A stretch of DNA of 64,000 nt, from NCBI RefSeq assembly GCF_009914755.1, contig NC_060928.1, one strand, 5' to 3'. Below, one piece after another: positions 61,101 to 64,000 of this stretch (position 1 is the first letter of the stretch; the number at the start of each line of letters is the position of its first letter). The stretch is from the human T2T-CHM13v2.0 reference genome, Homo sapiens. Below the pieces are notes generated by a model. The model did no database searches. It was given only the letters and a program-made list of their open reading frames with translations, and had not been told where the DNA came from. A program made the translations under genes and the position numbers.

Positions 61101-62279
61101 GTTTTAGGTACTTTTATATTTTATGTACAGTATATAATACATACTTTGGGTACTTTGATATTTTATGTACAGTATACAATACATACTTTGGGAACTTTGA
61201 TATTTTATGTACAGTATGTAATACATACTTTGGGTACTTTGATATTTTATGTACAGTATATAATACATATTATTGGTACTTTGATATTTTATGTACAGTA
61301 TACAATATATAGTTTGAGTACTTTGATATTTTATGTCCAGTATAAAATACATAGATTTCATACTTTGATATTTTATGTACAGAATATAGTTTGAGTACTT
61401 TGATATTTTATGTACACTTTATCATAAAAGTTAGGGTACTTTCATATTTTACGTACAGTATATAATACATACTTTGGGCACTTTGATGTTTTATGTACAG
61501 TATATAATACATACTTTGTGTTCTTTGATATGTTATGTACAGCATATAGTACATAATTTGGGGACTTTTATATTTTATGTACATTATATAATACATACTT
61601 TGGGTACTTTTATATTTTATGTACGGTATATAATGCATACTTTGGGTACTTTGATATATTATGTACAGTATATAATACATACTTTGCGTACTTTGATATA
61701 TTATGTACAGTATATAATACATACTTAGGGTACTTTGACATTTTATGTACAGTACATAATACATACTTTGGGTACTTTGATATTTTATGTACAGTATATA
61801 ATACATACTTTGTGTACTTTGATATTTTATGTACAGTATAAAATACATATTTTGGGTACTTTTATATTTTATGTACAGTATATAATATATAGTTTGGGTA
61901 CTTTGATATTTTATGTACGGTATATAATACATACTTTGGGTACTTTGATATTTTATGTACAGTATATAATACATACTTTTGTACTTTGATATTTTATGTA
62001 CAGTATATAATACATACTTTGGGTACTTTGATATTTAATGTACAGTATATAATACACACTTTGCGTACTTTGATATTTTATGTAAAGTATGTAATACATA
62101 CTTTGGGTACTTTGATATTTTATGTACAGTATGTAATACACACTTTGGGTACTTTGATATTTTATGTAAAGTATGTAAAACATACTTTGGGTAGTTTGGT
62201 ATTTTATGATCATTATATAATACATATTTTGGGTACTTTGATATTTTATGTACAGTATATAATACATACTTTGGGTACT

Positions 62280-64000
62280 TTGATATTTTATGTACAGTAT
62301 ATAATGCATACTTTGGATACTTTGATATTTTATGTACAGTATATAATACATACTTTGGGTACTTTGATATTTTATGTACAGTATGTAATACATAATTTGG
62401 GTAATTTAATATTTTATTTATAGTATATAATACATACTTTGTGTACCTTGATATTTTATGGACAGTGTATAATACATACTTTGGGTACTCTGATATTTTA
62501 TGTACAGTGTATAATATATAGTTTGGGTACTTTGATAATTTATGTGCAGTATATAGTTTGAGTACTTTGATATTTTATGTACAGTTTATTATCAATGTTT
62601 GGTTACTTTCACATTTTATGTACAGTATATAATACATAATTTGGGCACTTTGATATTTTATGTACAGTATATAATACATACTTTGGGTACTTTTGTATTT
62701 TATGTACAGTATATAATACATAGTTTGGGTACTTTGATATTTAATGTATAGTATATAATACACACTTTGCGTACTTTGATATTTTATGTAAAGTATGTAA
62801 TACATACTTTGGGTACTTTGATATTTTATGTACACTATGTAATACACACTTTGGGTACTTTGATATGTTATGTACAGTATGTAAAACATACTTTGGGTAG
62901 TTTGGTATTTTATGATCAGTATATAATACATATTTTGGGTACTTTGATATTTTATGTACAGTATATAATACATACTTTGGGTACTTTGATAGTTTATGTA
63001 CAGTATATAATGCATAATTTGGATACTTTTATAGTTTATGCACAGTATATAATACATACTTTGGGTACTTTGATATTTTATCTACAGTATATAATGCATA
63101 CTTTGGGTACTTTGATAGTTTATGTACAGTATACAATACATACTTTGGGTACTTTGATATTTTATGTACAGTATATAATATGTAGTTTGGGTACTTTGAT
63201 ATTTTAACTACAGTATATAATACATACTTTGGGTACTTTGATATTTTATCTACAGTATATAATACATACTTTGGGTACTTTGACATATCATGTACAGTAT
63301 ATAATACATAGTTTGGGTACTTTGGTATTTTTTGTACAGTATGTAAAACATAATTTGGGGAGTTTGATATTTTATGAACAGTATATAATACACATTTTGG
63401 GTACTTTGATATTTTATGTACAGTATATAATACATACTTTGGGTACTTTGATATTTTATGTACAGTATATAATACATACTTTGGGTACTTTGATATTTTA
63501 TGTACAGTATATAATACATACATTGGGTACTTCGATATTTTATGTGCAGTACACTATATATAGTTTGGGTACTTTGATATTTTATGTCCAGTATAAAATA
63601 AATAGTTTTGGTACTTTGATATTTTATGTACAGTATATAGTTTGAGTACTTTGATATTTAATGTACAGTTTATTATAAATGTTTGGGTGCTTTCATATTT
63701 TATATACAGTATATAATACATACTTTGGGCACTTTGATATTTTATGTACAGTATATAATACATTCTTTGGGTACTTTCATATTTTATGTACGGTATATAA
63801 TACATACATTGGGTACTTTGATATTTTATGTACAGTATATAATATATAGTTTGGGTACTTTGATATTTTATATACAGTATATAATATATATTATGTGTAC
63901 TTTGATATATTATGTACAGTATATAATATATAGTTTGGGTTGTTTGATATTTTATGTACAGTATATAATATATAGTTTGGGTAGTTTGATATTTTAAGTA
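62280..64000 (+). repeat. Near-identical copy of about 58670-60390 (offset 3610 bp), truncated by the window end
   Basis: ORF pairs 58965/62575, 59157/62767, 59619/63229 and 60073/63683 share the offset 3610 and are identical or nearly so. Only a handful of substitutions were seen by eye. Confidence 0.9.

Larger units (their letters stand above)
1..64000. repeat. 42-bp tandem satellite array, HSat1A (classical human satellite I, SAR) type; about 1500 monomers, one orientation, runs off both window edges
   Basis: Every line is a variant of TTTGGGTACTTTGATATTTTATGTACAGTATATAATACATAC (42 bp; T19 A13 G6 C4). Its reverse complement splits at the GTAC sites into 17-bp ACATAAAATATCAAAGT and 25-bp ACCCAAAGTATGTATTATATACTGT, the classical satellite I A/B RsaI subunits. 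The 14-aa periodicity of the ORFs confirms the 42-bp period. Confidence 0.95.

Noticed and set aside
1-64000. CRISPR-like array (conserved repeat with variable spacer)
   Set aside because: The variable parts are point variants of the same 42-mer rather than unique spacers, and there is no leader and no cas gene.
1-64000. Diversity-generating or antigenic-variation cassette system built from block ORFs
   Set aside because: There is no reverse transcriptase, recombinase or expression locus. Frameshifting indels (34-, 35-, 40-, 41- and 43-bp monomers) are propagated freely, as expected for non-coding satellite turnover.
1-64000. Embedded transposon (Alu or L1), alpha satellite or CENP-B box, HSat2/3, telomeric repeat, or strand inversion
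   Set aside because: None was seen on reading. There is no GC-rich or non-42-mer stretch, no CATTC or TTAGGG tandem runs, and no switch to the ACATAAAATATCAAAG orientation.
1-64000. Single fixed higher-order repeat period, or assignment to a specific chromosome or species
   Set aside because: Duplication offsets are heterogeneous (496, 1866, 3610, 5724, 5833, 6579, 13900, 14650, 16162, 19225, 26943, 43043), so no single period fits. Locating the window requires alignment to assemblies, which I cannot run.

Overview
The whole 64-kb window is one uninterrupted, single-orientation tandem array of a 42-bp AT-rich satellite (consensus TTTGGGTACTTTGATATTTTATGTACAGTATATAATACATAC, about 24% GC, two GTAC/RsaI sites spaced 17 and 25 bp). 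This matches human/hominid classical Satellite 1A (HSat1A, RepBase SAR), i.e. pericentromeric or acrocentric heterochromatin. Species and chromosome cannot be fixed from the window alone. I found no genes, RNA genes, transposons or CRISPR arrays; all ORFs in the track are 14-aa-periodic artefacts of a 42-bp repeat. The information lies in the higher-order architecture. About 100 blocks are each closed by a fixed 35-bp + 41-bp short-monomer junction, so most block lengths are 42n-8 bp (244-1546 bp). Blocks fall into recognisable families with a preferred order, and they have been shuffled by many kb-scale duplications with whole-monomer indels. I see no evidence for a new protein-coding or defence system. 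Duplication end points below are approximate (read by eye); offsets were taken from matching block starts.
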